47,494 bases of DNA from Candidatus Desulfatibia sp. (GCF_036446775.1 NZ_JAZFTO010000315.1:1-47494); one strand, 5' to 3'; shown: positions 1-9,016, numbered from the stretch's first letter. Made by a program: numbers and translations. The notes: generated from the sequence alone by a model not told the origin.

Positions 1-195
1 ATGTTCCGTAAGGTCGGTGCCCGACTTTTCCCTTAAAACAGTCCATGAATATTCGGAAGGGATTTCTGCACCTTTTTCCTCGATCATCTTGAGGAACAAA
101 AGATAGGTCAACTGCTCGATGTAATCGCCGCAATCGATCCCGTCATGCCGCAACGTGTGGCAGAATCCCCAGAGTTTACCAACTATATCGGACAT
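1..195 (-). CDS. hsdM: Type I restriction-modification DNA methyltransferase subunit M, N-terminal fragment (gene runs off the window start)
   Basis: Not in the ORF track because it is edge-truncated. Reverse translation from ATG (195-193) gives MSDIVGKLWGFCHTLRHDGIDCGDYIEQLTYLLFLKMIEEKGAEIPSEYSWTVLREKSGTDLTEH. This is the typical HsdM N-terminal domain pattern (LW..C..LR....YIEQLTYLLFLK). The frame is open to position 1. Confidence 0.7.
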   Translation of the reverse strand, partial: MSDIVGKLWGFCHTLRHDGIDCGDYIEQLTYLLFLKMIEEKGAEIPSEYSWTVLREKSGTDLTEH

Positions 196-210
196 TTTTT
201 TAGCTCCAGA

Positions 211-486
211 TTAGGCGACTTGGTATGTTTTTCCAATGGGTTCGAATTCGCTTACATTTTCTTCAGAGAGTTTTTTTCGGATATCATCAAAACGGAAAAC
301 CGTCTCGGGTGTATACAAGCGCTCTCCGCAATGATGGCATACCTCTGCCATTACTCTCATGATAGCGGTATTTGATCCCCCTTTGAGCACTTTTTCCACT
401 TCCTTCTCGACGATTTCACCGCCACAGATGGGGCACTTTTCGAATAATGTCACTTTGTCCACCTTAATGGATTTAATTTTAATCAT
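211..486 (-). CDS. YgiT-type zinc-finger protein (MqsA-like antitoxin zinc-ribbon family)
   Basis: 91-aa ORF with two CxxC pairs (CPICGG ... CHHCGE). Size and layout fit the YgiT/MqsA N-terminal zinc ribbon. It ends 15 nt upstream of the hsdM start on the same strand. Confidence 0.65.
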   Translation of the reverse strand: MIKIKSIKVDKVTLFEKCPICGGEIVEKEVEKVLKGGSNTAIMRVMAEVCHHCGERLYTPETVFRFDDIRKKLSEENVSEFEPIGKTYQVA

Positions 487-579
487 AAGTCAACCAAAAG
501 ACATAATTCAGACCTCGTAAATAATGAAAGATTACGGGGAAAATTTTGTACAAAACGCTCCATTTCTAATCAAATAGTT

Positions 580-747
580 GGGTTCAAAGGTTCAATGTTC
601 AAAGGTTCAGAGGTTGATTCCTCATTTAATTACCCCTATGGAATCAATGGTATAGAAAAAAACGCGAAGCGATTAACCTCTCCGAGGCGTAGGATCGTGC
701 CTCTACGAGCCGGAGGCCTGAACGCTGAACCCTGAACCTCCTAACCC
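580..747. repeat. GGTTCA/TGAACC-array element (inverted arms around a ~100-bp centre)
   Basis: Left arm 580-617 is gggttcaaaggttcaatgttcaaaggttcagaggttga. Right arm 717-747 is cctgaacgctgaaccctgaacctcctaaccc, the complementary orientation. The same word family recurs at 27.1, 27.5, 28.8, 28.9 and 46.0 kb. Confidence 0.6.
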
Positions 748-836
748 AGACCGACCGGATGTCCAATTTTTTTGCAATTCCGCAGTATATAAAGGTCTAC
801 GGTCATTTTTATCTGATGAATGATGAGGTCTGAATT

Positions 837-1970
837 ATGTATAATTTACCATTGTCGTTTTACCTAAAATCTGCAATTGCTGATTGCGTCGCAGCCGCAA
901 AACGCTGGGGTTTAATAATAGTTGCAGTAGCAGTCTGTACTGTAGCGGCCTGCGTTACCACAGGCGATGTTGTTAAGGTTGAAATCGTTAAAGCGGACGC
1001 TTATAAAGATCTAAAGAAATCCGAGCGTACCGCCTTAGAGAAAATCCGGAAATCATCGGCAGCCAAAAAGGTCGATAGCAAGCTCAGCAATGTCATCGAT
1101 AAGACCCCCCAGCTTTCGGTGACCGAGTATCTTGAAAAGTATCCTGAAACCTCGGCCCGGGTTTCCAAAAATTACCGGGTAGGGGGATATGATGTCCTCA
1201 ATATTATGATCTACGAAGAAGAGGATCTTTCCAGAAAGGCCTTGCAGGTTTCAGCCGACGGCTTTATCACCTTTCCCTTGATCGGACGGCTAAAGGTCGA
1301 CAAACTGACGACGGCAGAAATCGGAAAGCTGATCGCAAACAAGCTGGCCCGGGAGCAATTCCTGCTGGACGCCCACGTTTCGGTTATGGTGGCCGATTAT
1401 AGAAGCAAGCGGGTTTTAGTTCTGGGAACCGTCAACAACCCGGGCAGTTATGCACTGCGGGCCCGCGAGCGGGTTCTGGATGCTCTTTCCAAAGCCGGCG
1501 GCCTCTGGCGGCGCACAGGGATTTCCGGTAAAAGCAGTGGCAGTGCCGGCAAAAAAGGCCTGATCATTCGCACACAGAACCCGGATACGCCCCAGGAGAG
1601 TAAGATAGTCATCAACATCGACCTGAAGGGGCTTTTGGAAGACGGCGATCAGATAGCGAACCTTTATATGCAGGACAAGGATGTTCTGTTCATCCCCGCG
1701 GCCGAGCATTTTTATATCATCGGCCAGGTAAGAGAGCCGGGATCATTTGCCCTTACAGACAGGGAAATCACCCTGGTGGAAGCCATCAGCAGGGCCGGAG
1801 GGTTCACACCCATTGCGGCACGCAACCGCACCAGGATTATCCGGGTAGAAGCGGGCGTTGAAAAGATCATCACCGTTAACGTAGACGCCATTACCGATGC
1901 CGGCAAAAAAATACAGGATGTCATCATTCAGCCCAACGATGTGATAGTAGTCCCCGAAAGTTTTTTCTAA
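837..1970 (+). CDS. Polysaccharide export outer-membrane protein (Wza-like: Poly_export + SLBB domains), probable lipoprotein
   Basis: 377 aa. N-terminal hydrophobic segment with Cys (AVCTVAAC). YRVGGYDVLNIMIY...FITFPLIGRLKVDKLTTAEIGKLIANKL matches the Poly_export signature. Two SLBB-like repeats follow (VLVLGTVNNPGSY..., FYIIGQVREPGSF...). Confidence 0.85.
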   Translation: MYNLPLSFYLKSAIADCVAAAKRWGLIIVAVAVCTVAACVTTGDVVKVEIVKADAYKDLKKSERTALEKIRKSSAAKKVDSKLSNVIDKTPQLSVTEYLEKYPETSARVSKNYRVGGYDVLNIMIYEEEDLSRKALQVSADGFITFPLIGRLKVDKLTTAEIGKLIANKLAREQFLLDAHVSVMVADYRSKRVLVLGTVNNPGSYALRARERVLDALSKAGGLWRRTGISGKSSGSAGKKGLIIRTQNPDTPQESKIVINIDLKGLLEDGDQIANLYMQDKDVLFIPAAEHFYIIGQVREPGSFALTDREITLVEAISRAGGFTPIAARNRTRIIRVEAGVEKIITVNVDAITDAGKKIQDVIIQPNDVIVVPESFF

Positions 1971-2133
1971 TTCGACAAAAAAATGACACCCACCCGTTAT
2001 GGATTGACATGATCTAAGTTTCTCCTTTTCTATTCCGCCTACCAAATATATTATTTAACCTATTAATATCAATATATTATTCAGTTATTACCGCCGGGCG
2101 GGTTCTCTGGCACAATATTTGAATATCAGTATT

Positions 2134-2339
2134 GATGAATTCGTAAAAAATCGAATTCATCCGATATTTGGTGTTTTCAGCCGTCGTAGCTACTTGGGCG
2201 AAGTCTGCTAGTACTTAGTGTTTTGCGTCGAATATATACTGATATACCAGTTCGTTAAATAGCCAAATACTAAACACCGTCAGACTTGGCCCAAGCAGCT
2301 GCCGACTTCGCCAAAGTAGCTTTAGCTACGACGGCTGAA
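2134..2339. repeat. Structured intergenic element: 10-bp-stem AATT hairpin followed by a long imperfect inverted repeat
   Basis: Hairpin gatgaattcg-taaaaaat-cgaattcatc (2134-2161). The inverted repeat has a perfect 17-nt core, ttcagccgtcgtagcta (2176-2192) against tagctacgacggctgaa (2323-2339), and imperfect pairing continues inward. The central loop holds ctgatataccag (2239-2250). Confidence 0.6.
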
Positions 2340-2457
2340 TTACTTACAACGGCTGAAAATACAAAATACTCTCAAAAAAAGTGGCGTTTTGCAAAGGCAT
2401 CTGACGGGATCTACGCGAGACCTTTGACAATCTGCGGGGCATTGCAAGTTAAAAAGA

Positions 2458-4791
2458 ATGGATCAACCAATAATTGAACAAATAGACCTCCGGGATTATC
2501 TGCGGGTTATTTTAAAACGCCGCTGGTCCATCATTACCGTATTTGCAATTATCGTGGTCAGCGTCACGATCCATACCTACACCGCCACACCCATCTATCA
2601 GGCTACCACCCGTCTGATCATCGACAAAGAAAATCCCAACGTAATGTCGATTCAGGAAGTTATGGCCGTGGACGCCTCGGGAACCGACTATTACCAGACC
2701 CAGTACAAAATCATCGAAAGCCGCAACGTTGCCCGGGCGGTCATCAAGCGTCTAAATCTGGACAAAAATGAAGAATTTGTCCCCAAACCCCGGGACAATT
2801 TTCTGGCCAACTTAAAACGTTCGGTGCAAAAGACCGCGGCCGCCTTTAAAAAGGCCGTGGTTGCCCTGTTGCGAACCCGTGAAGTCAGCAGTCCCCAGGC
2901 TCTGAAAGAATATGATTCGGATTACAATCTGGTATCCGCTTTTATCAGTAGAATAGAGGTCAAACCAATTCGCAACAGCCGTCTGGTGGATGTGGGCTTT
3001 GAAGCCAAAGATCCGGTACTGGCCGCCAAGATTACCAACACCCTGGCCCAAGCCTATATTGAACAGAATTTAGATACCAAACTCAAGGCGGTCAAAGGCG
3101 CGGTTCGCTGGCTTCACACCCGGATTGTGGCAGAACGGCAAAAGGTTGAAAAAGCCGAGCAGGCGCTGCTGGCCTATAAAACCAGGCACAGTATCGTTAC
3201 TGATTTTACCAGCGATGTTGAAAAGATTACGGCTCAGAAGCTGGCCCATCTTAATACGCAGATAGTGGAAGCCGAGTCGGTGCGTGTAGAGGCCGAGACA
3301 CGCTACAAACAGGCCCTGGCGTTGAAGGGAACGCCCGATATGCTCGACTCGATTCCCGAAGTGCTCAACAACAATCTGATCCAGCAGATCAAGTCCATGG
3401 AAGTGGAGCTTTACAAACGCACATCCGAACTTTCCAAGAAATACGGACAGAAACACCCCCAGATGGTGGCTATCCGGGCCGAACTTAAAACGCTCCAGAA
3501 AAGAAAAGGTTACGAGGTCAAGCGGGTAGTCAACTCGCTGAACAATGAATACCAGGTGGCCCGGGCCCGGGAAGAGTCCATGAAAGCGGCCCTGGCCAAA
3601 CAGAGAAAAGAATCTCTCGATCTGAACCAAAAGGCGATTGAATACGGCGTTTTGCAGCGGGAAGTCGAAAGTGCCCGGCAGATGTATCAACTGTTGATCA
3701 ACCGCTTTAAAGAGACCTCACTGACCGAGAGTATGAAAACCGGCAACATCCGGATTCTTGACCGGGCCGAAGTCTCCAAAAGTCCTGTCAAACCGCGCAA
3801 GCGACGCAATATTTTAATGGCGGTCCTCTTCGGTCTGGCCGCCGGCCTGGGACTGGCCTTCTTTCTTGAATATCTTGACAATACCATCAAAGATCCCGAA
3901 GACATTAAACGATATTTAAATATTCCGTATTTGGGGCCGGTACCGGTCATTGCCCCAAACGACAACCAGGACGAAGATGTCCCGCCGGAGATGGTGGTCC
4001 TGAACTCGCCTAAATCAACGGCCAGTGAAGCCTACCGGGGAATCCGGACCGGCATACTCTTTTCGTCGGCCGAATCCGAACCGCAAGTGATTATGGTTAC
4101 CAGCGCCGGTCCCCAGGAGGGCAAGACCATCACATCGTCTAACCTGGCCATTACCATGGCCCAGTCCGGCAACAAAGTCGTTTTGCTGGACTGTGACATG
4201 CGGCGGCCCAGGGTGCATAAGCTATTCGGCATTTCCCGTAATCGAGGGATGACCAACCTTCTGGTCGAAAAAACCGATTTAAAACTGACGGTTTTCAATA
4301 CTTCGATACCCAACCTGCATGTGATACCATCAGGTCCCATCCCGCCCAATCCTTCTGAAATCCTGGGTTCAAAGCGCATGGAGGAACTGATCGAAGTGCT
4401 GCGTAAAAATTTTACCCGTATTATTATCGATACCCCGCCGATTACGGCGGTCACCGACGCGACCTTGCTGGGAAAACTTTCAGACGGTGTGGTTTTGGTT
4501 GTACGTGCCAACAGAACGGTCAGGGATATGGCCAAAACCGGGCTGGAGCAGCTTAGGGCTGTGGGCGCCAAACTGCTGGGCGTAGTGTTAAACGGGGTCA
4601 GTATGGACCGGGGCAGTTACTATTATTATCAGTATTATTACTACTATGGAGATGAAGGCTATCAGGAGAAAAAGTCGAGTCGCAAGAAAAAAACAAAGAG
4701 CGCCAATGATGCAGATGCTAGACCCCAAAAATCGAAACTCCCTGCAGTCCGCTCTCAGGCGGACAGGGAATCTTCGGCTGTGGGGAATTGA
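2458..4791 (+). CDS. Polysaccharide co-polymerase / tyrosine autokinase (Wzc/BY-kinase family)
   Basis: 777 aa. N-terminal Wzz-type TM domain (DLRDYLRVILKRRWSII), a long coiled-coil periplasmic region and a second TM. P-loop kinase motifs: Walker A GPQEGKT, A' LLDCDMRRP, B IIIDTPP. C-terminal Tyr cluster YYYYQYYYYYGDEGY. Confidence 0.9.
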   Translation: MDQPIIEQIDLRDYLRVILKRRWSIITVFAIIVVSVTIHTYTATPIYQATTRLIIDKENPNVMSIQEVMAVDASGTDYYQTQYKIIESRNVARAVIKRLNLDKNEEFVPKPRDNFLANLKRSVQKTAAAFKKAVVALLRTREVSSPQALKEYDSDYNLVSAFISRIEVKPIRNSRLVDVGFEAKDPVLAAKITNTLAQAYIEQNLDTKLKAVKGAVRWLHTRIVAERQKVEKAEQALLAYKTRHSIVTDFTSDVEKITAQKLAHLNTQIVEAESVRVEAETRYKQALALKGTPDMLDSIPEVLNNNLIQQIKSMEVELYKRTSELSKKYGQKHPQMVAIRAELKTLQKRKGYEVKRVVNSLNNEYQVARAREESMKAALAKQRKESLDLNQKAIEYGVLQREVESARQMYQLLINRFKETSLTESMKTGNIRILDRAEVSKSPVKPRKRRNILMAVLFGLAAGLGLAFFLEYLDNTIKDPEDIKRYLNIPYLGPVPVIAPNDNQDEDVPPEMVVLNSPKSTASEAYRGIRTGILFSSAESEPQVIMVTSAGPQEGKTITSSNLAITMAQSGNKVVLLDCDMRRPRVHKLFGISRNRGMTNLLVEKTDLKLTVFNTSIPNLHVIPSGPIPPNPSEILGSKRMEELIEVLRKNFTRIIIDTPPITAVTDATLLGKLSDGVVLVVRANRTVRDMAKTGLEQLRAVGAKLLGVVLNGVSMDRGSYYYYQYYYYYGDEGYQEKKSSRKKKTKSANDADARPQKSKLPAVRSQADRESSAVGN

Positions 4792-4908
4792 AAAAAGTTA
4801 TTAGGGTTTATTTTTGGGGGTGGAATATAATCTTGGGCGGGGCGAAACAGCATGTTGTTCCCCGGCTCCTGCAATGACGAAGAGCCAGGGAACATACCCT
4901 TGAACTGA

Positions 4909-5097
4909 TTAGATTTCTTCAACTGTAATTGCGCCAGGCTCACAGACTTCAACACAACTTTCACAACCCAGGCACTCATCCGCATTAACCGGGACCGATT
5001 TATCGTTTTCCATTTCAAATACTTCAACCGGGCAGACATCAACACATTCTTCACAGCCTTCACACTTTTCTTCATCAACTGTAGGAACAAAAGCCAT
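4909..5097 (-). CDS. 2x[4Fe-4S] ferredoxin
   Basis: 62 aa with two CxxCxxCxxxCP-type motifs (CEGCEECVDVCP and CLGCESCVEVCEP). Confidence 0.9.
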   Translation of the reverse strand: MAFVPTVDEEKCEGCEECVDVCPVEVFEMENDKSVPVNADECLGCESCVEVCEPGAITVEEI

Positions 5098-5243
5098 TTA
5101 AAGAGCCTCCTTTTTTATAAAAATTAAGCCGCGGTGGCTTATCATCCACCTTAATGCCGTTATCGGAAAAATTCCTTATACCAATTGATACAGGGAGTCA
5201 AGCCTTCTTGTATTTTTTTATACTATTAAATTGCAAAAGGATT

Positions 5244-6236
5244 TTATAGCTCGACAATACCGATGAGCGTATTTTTTAATCTCACTCTTTCGGTCTCAAG
5301 TCCGGCCTGCAACGAGTTATCACCAACACAGCGGGGGAAAAAATCATAAGGTGTTTCCCCGGCGACTATATAGAGTTTAATCGCAACGTTCTCATCGCCT
5401 CCGCTTACCGCCGGCGCCTCAAACATACCGTCCGTTGATACGGGCCAGGTACTAGTCTGTAATGTATTAAGGCTTGTAAGAAAGCCATCCTGCCATTTTT
5501 CAACCTTTTCATCCCGGCTTGCATGCATCGGTATCGAATCAAAGTCTATTACCATTTCTATTTCTGGCGTTTTGTCGATCAATTCATCCAAAACAGACCG
5601 GCTGGTGGTAATAAACAATCCTGACGTTTCACGATCGTGTTGCATAAGTTTGGCCCAGGCTTTCAGCCGCTCTGCCGCCATATAAAGACCAGGATCATCA
5701 AATGGAAATTTTTCTTTTCCAGCCGTTTCCAGATGCAAAGACTCATCTTCACCTTTAAGATTCTTCATGAGATCTTGCTCCATGGCATCAAACAATTTCA
5801 GATCCTGGTTCAAGCCATTGTTTTGCAAATCGAATTCCTGGGCCATGTGAAGAAATAACCTGTCCCTGAAAATATCTTCGTCTTCTTTTTGCGATCGGTC
5901 GGGACTGCTTTTCTTTTTGATTTCAGCTCGGATTTGTGATGAAAAAGTTTCATCAAAAAAGGGGATTTTACCGCCCCAGGCTTTAAAAAAGTCCAAGGTA
6001 CTTCCCTGATGCTGGTTAGCCCAAGCGTTATAATCTTTCAAAATTGCCTCTAATTTATTTTCATCGCCGGCAATCGGCACCCTTAGGTCAATTATACCGC
6101 TATCAGCCCACATTTGAATCTCAGCCGGTATGTTGTGCCTTGACGGTTGATAAACAACCGTCTGTTTAAAACAGGCTGAAAGGGCCGCAGCTGCCGGCCC
6201 GGACACATATGTAAACGGAAAATATATCGGTTTCAT
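5244..6236 (-). CDS. Conserved hypothetical protein
   Basis: Long ORF. I prefer the start at MKPIYFPFTY (6236) over the ORF-track start (6269), which adds an Arg-rich leader. No recognisable motif. Confidence 0.55.
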   Translation of the reverse strand: MKPIYFPFTYVSGPAAAALSACFKQTVVYQPSRHNIPAEIQMWADSGIIDLRVPIAGDENKLEAILKDYNAWANQHQGSTLDFFKAWGGKIPFFDETFSSQIRAEIKKKSSPDRSQKEDEDIFRDRLFLHMAQEFDLQNNGLNQDLKLFDAMEQDLMKNLKGEDESLHLETAGKEKFPFDDPGLYMAAERLKAWAKLMQHDRETSGLFITTSRSVLDELIDKTPEIEMVIDFDSIPMHASRDEKVEKWQDGFLTSLNTLQTSTWPVSTDGMFEAPAVSGGDENVAIKLYIVAGETPYDFFPRCVGDNSLQAGLETERVRLKNTLIGIVEL

Positions 6237-6299
6237 TTTTCCACGGCCTCGTCTTCGGCAAATCCGCAAATCGCGTAGTCGTCAAATGAAAATTCCAAT

Positions 6300-6459
6300 A
6301 GTAAAAAGGTTCATATACCCCCGCCAAACTTCGGCGGGATAAAAAGGCGTAGTATTTTTTCAGGAACGAGGCCATACATGTAGTATGCCTAATGTCTGCA
6401 AAAATACTACAACCCGCCTGAGGCGGACAAGCGCAGTAGATGAGACTTTTTACGACGCC
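6300..6459. mobile_element. Small non-coding repeat element (copy 1) carrying a nested 84-bp insertion
   Basis: 6300-6354 and 6439-6459 match 19213-19288 almost base for base. Interval 6355-6438 is absent from the other copy. It is bounded by gcgtagta / gcgcagta and contains its own inverted repeat (gtagtattttt ... aaaaatactac). Confidence 0.6.
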
Positions 6460-7094
6460 GTCAGGTTTAGCTCAGAAGATAATATGCCTAAAATCTCCTT
6501 CCGAACCTGACTTTCACTCTTGGATGCATCTATCACCCTAAATCTCTCCGGCTCCAGGCGTGCAAGCTCAAGATAGCCTGATCTTACCTTTTCGTGAAAT
6601 GCTAGGGTCTCTTTTTCAAACCGACTTTCAATACCGGTTCTGGTACCGCTGTTAATCTGTTTCCAGGCACGGGCAAGGCCCTCATCTGGAGGAAGATCAA
6701 GCAGGATGGTTATATCAGGTTTTAAGTCTTTTAATATCAGTTTGTGTAAACCGCGGATTAACCCGATATCGAGCCCCCTGGCATAACCTTGATAAACAAC
6801 GGTAGCGTCGTAATAACGGTCGCACAGCACAGTCTTACCTGCCGACAGTAAAGGAAGAACGAATTGTTTAACATGCTGGGCGCGATCAGCGGTATACAAA
6901 AGGAGTTCCGTCATGGGGTCCATATCGCTGCTCTCAGGATCGAGCAGAAGCGCCCGTATCTGCTTTCCGATCCTGGTTCCCCCGGGTTCCCTGGTAGCCA
7001 CACATGCATGCCCCTTACTTTGAAGAAACTCTACAATATGTCTTACCTGGGTCGTTTTGCCCGAGCCCTCAATGCCCTCAAGCGTGATAAACAT
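6450..7094 (-). CDS. tmk: Thymidylate kinase
   Basis: MFITLEGIEGSGKTTQ P-loop, DRY..S..AYQ-like motif (CDRYYDATVVYQG), 214 aa. Confidence 0.95.
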   Translation of the reverse strand: MFITLEGIEGSGKTTQVRHIVEFLQSKGHACVATREPGGTRIGKQIRALLLDPESSDMDPMTELLLYTADRAQHVKQFVLPLLSAGKTVLCDRYYDATVVYQGYARGLDIGLIRGLHKLILKDLKPDITILLDLPPDEGLARAWKQINSGTRTGIESRFEKETLAFHEKVRSGYLELARLEPERFRVIDASKSESQVRKEILGILSSELNLTAS

Positions 7095-8047
7095 TATTTA
7101 TCCCTTTTCCCCACATAAAAATGACGGCCTAACAATCTGTGAAAGGATGTCCAGGTCTCATTTGAATCTTCTGAAGCGATGAAATCACGAATACCCTTAA
7201 CCTTGGAGTCCATCTCGTCAATATAATTGAGCAAAACAGCCTCGATTGTTTTGGGCGGCTCGGGTGAACCGAATTCTTGGGTTCCATGGTGGCTTACAAT
7301 CATGTGTTTGAGTAAAAGCTTCTGCTCTTGCGGAAAATCCTCGATTTTCGACAGTTTCTCTTCGATCATCTCCAGACCAATAACGATATGACCTAAGAAG
7401 CGGCCTTCGTCGGAATAGTCTATCTTGAGTTCATATTCCAATTCCCTTGTTTTGCCGATGTCATGAAGGATGGCGCCGGCTATCAGCAAATCCTTGTCAA
7501 TGCCGCTGTAATGTCCGGCAATATTGTCTGCCAAAGTTGCCATTGACAAGGTGTGTTCCAAAAGACCGCCGATATAAGCATGGTGCATCTTTTTAGCCGC
7601 CGGTGCGGTTTTGAATTGGCGGACAAACTCCTTGTCATCCCAAAACGCATCTAAAAGCGCTTTTAAGTAACCGTCTTTAAAAGAAGCCGTAACTTTTAGG
7701 AGACGCTGGAGCATGCTGTCGATATTACGCCGGGTAGTCGGCAAAAACTCTGACGGATCAAAATCTTCAGCAGAACATGCCTCCATATTTTTGATGACAA
7801 GTTGGGCGATACCTTTGTATTCATTAACACTGGCCTGGATACGTACAACATCACCGGAGGCCGGACCGGCAGCGATGCGATCTACATTGTCCCATACCAC
7901 GCCTTTAATGCTACCGGTTTTATCAGAGAGGGCCACATTTAAATAGTTGTTTCCATCTTTTTTCTGGGCAACGGCTTTCTGTGATAACACAAAAATATCA
8001 TCAACAAAATCCCCGGGCTTGAGATCATTTATAAATTGTTTTTTCAT
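7094..8047 (-). CDS. OB-fold + HD-domain 3'-5' exoribonuclease (YhaM family)
   Basis: 317 aa. N-terminal OB fold (GNNYLNVALSDKTGSIKGVVWDN). HD domain (HHAYIGGLLEHTLS ... ILHDIGK ... SHHG). Confidence 0.8.
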   Translation of the reverse strand: MKKQFINDLKPGDFVDDIFVLSQKAVAQKKDGNNYLNVALSDKTGSIKGVVWDNVDRIAAGPASGDVVRIQASVNEYKGIAQLVIKNMEACSAEDFDPSEFLPTTRRNIDSMLQRLLKVTASFKDGYLKALLDAFWDDKEFVRQFKTAPAAKKMHHAYIGGLLEHTLSMATLADNIAGHYSGIDKDLLIAGAILHDIGKTRELEYELKIDYSDEGRFLGHIVIGLEMIEEKLSKIEDFPQEQKLLLKHMIVSHHGTQEFGSPEPPKTIEAVLLNYIDEMDSKVKGIRDFIASEDSNETWTSFHRLLGRHFYVGKRDK

Positions 8048-8084
8048 GCCGTAATCCTTGATTGTCTCCTAAAAAGTTATAAAA

Positions 8085-8207
8085 GCGACCTTTTTACAAG
8101 AGTGTTTTGTATTTTGTGTTTAGTAATCTAGTACGCTGGTATATCAGCATATAGTTCAAACAAACACAAAACACTAAACACTAGATGCATTCGACCTTTT
8201 ACGAGTT
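8085..8207. repeat. Long hairpin element with heptamer-array arms, related to the 2.2-kb element
   Basis: Left arm gtgttttgtattttgtgtttagt (8102-8124). Right arm caaacaaacacaaaacactaaacact (8157-8182). The loop contains ctggtatatcag (8136-8147), which is the reverse complement of 2239-2250. It is flanked by direct repeats gcgacctttttacaag / tcgaccttttacgag. Confidence 0.6.
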
Positions 8208-8236
8208 CAACAATCCATAATTTAGCCTGCTTTGTC

Positions 8237-9016
8237 TCAAGCTTGGGTCTTCTTCTTGCCTATTTCCCACCCTTTTAATTCCTCCAGCAGGCTGTAATCT
8301 GTCATATCGCACTTAATCGGAGTAATGGAGATATAATTTTTATCCAGGGCGACCGCATCGAAATCGGGATTATCAAAAGAAGTTTGAGGAACGTGTCCGT
8401 GCCAATAATACGTGCGGTTGCGGGGATCGACCCTTTTCTCTAAATATTCGGTATACTCCTCGATGGCCTGTCTGTTTATGCGGATGCCGGCGATTTCTTC
8501 CATGGGCATATCAGGAATATTTACATTAAGAATAGTTCCAAAAGGCAGCCCGTTTTTAAACACATTTTCGGCCAGCTGTGCGATAAAACTAGCGGCTTCA
8601 TCGTAATCCATAAGTTCGTTTCCCTTTACCGAGACAGCAATTGCCGGCACTTTGTATATGGCCGCTTCCCTGGCAGCAGCAACGGTGCCGGAATAGTTGA
8701 TATTAATCCCTACGTTGGCCCCCAGATTGATCCCTGAAATCACCAGATCCGGTCTTTTATCAAGTATTTTTATCAGTCCCATTTTGATACAGTCGACCGG
8801 TGTTCCACTAACAGCATATCCCCACAGCCCGTCACTGACATAAATCTTTGTCTTTCGAAGCGGCTGATACAGGGTTATGCCATGCCCCACGGCACTCCGC
8901 TCTCTGTCAGGGGCTACTACGGTTACCGCGTGCCGCGGCGTAAATCTTTTATAAAGCGCCCACAGGCCTTCCGCATATATACCGTCATCGTTGGTCAAAA
9001 GTATATTCTTTGTCAT
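8237..9016 (-). CDS. surE: 5'/3'-nucleotidase SurE
   Basis: MTKNILLTNDDGIYAEGL N-terminus, GINLGANVG and YSGTVAAAREA motifs, 259 aa. Confidence 0.95.
   Translation of the reverse strand: MTKNILLTNDDGIYAEGLWALYKRFTPRHAVTVVAPDRERSAVGHGITLYQPLRKTKIYVSDGLWGYAVSGTPVDCIKMGLIKILDKRPDLVISGINLGANVGININYSGTVAAAREAAIYKVPAIAVSVKGNELMDYDEAASFIAQLAENVFKNGLPFGTILNVNIPDMPMEEIAGIRINRQAIEEYTEYLEKRVDPRNRTYYWHGHVPQTSFDNPDFDAVALDKNYISITPIKCDMTDYSLLEELKGWEIGKKKTQA

Noticed and set aside
3070-4571. Antisense ORFs inside the Wzc-like gene (3070-3690, 3687-3965, 4032-4571)
   Set aside because: They lie fully within a confidently assigned plus-strand gene. Their translations are low-complexity mirror-frame artefacts (Arg/Leu/Phe-rich) with no motifs.
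4755-5090. 111-aa minus-strand ORF overlapping the ferredoxin gene in another frame
   Set aside because: The ferredoxin frame has two perfect 4Fe-4S motifs. The overlapping frame is Lys/Leu-rich with no features.
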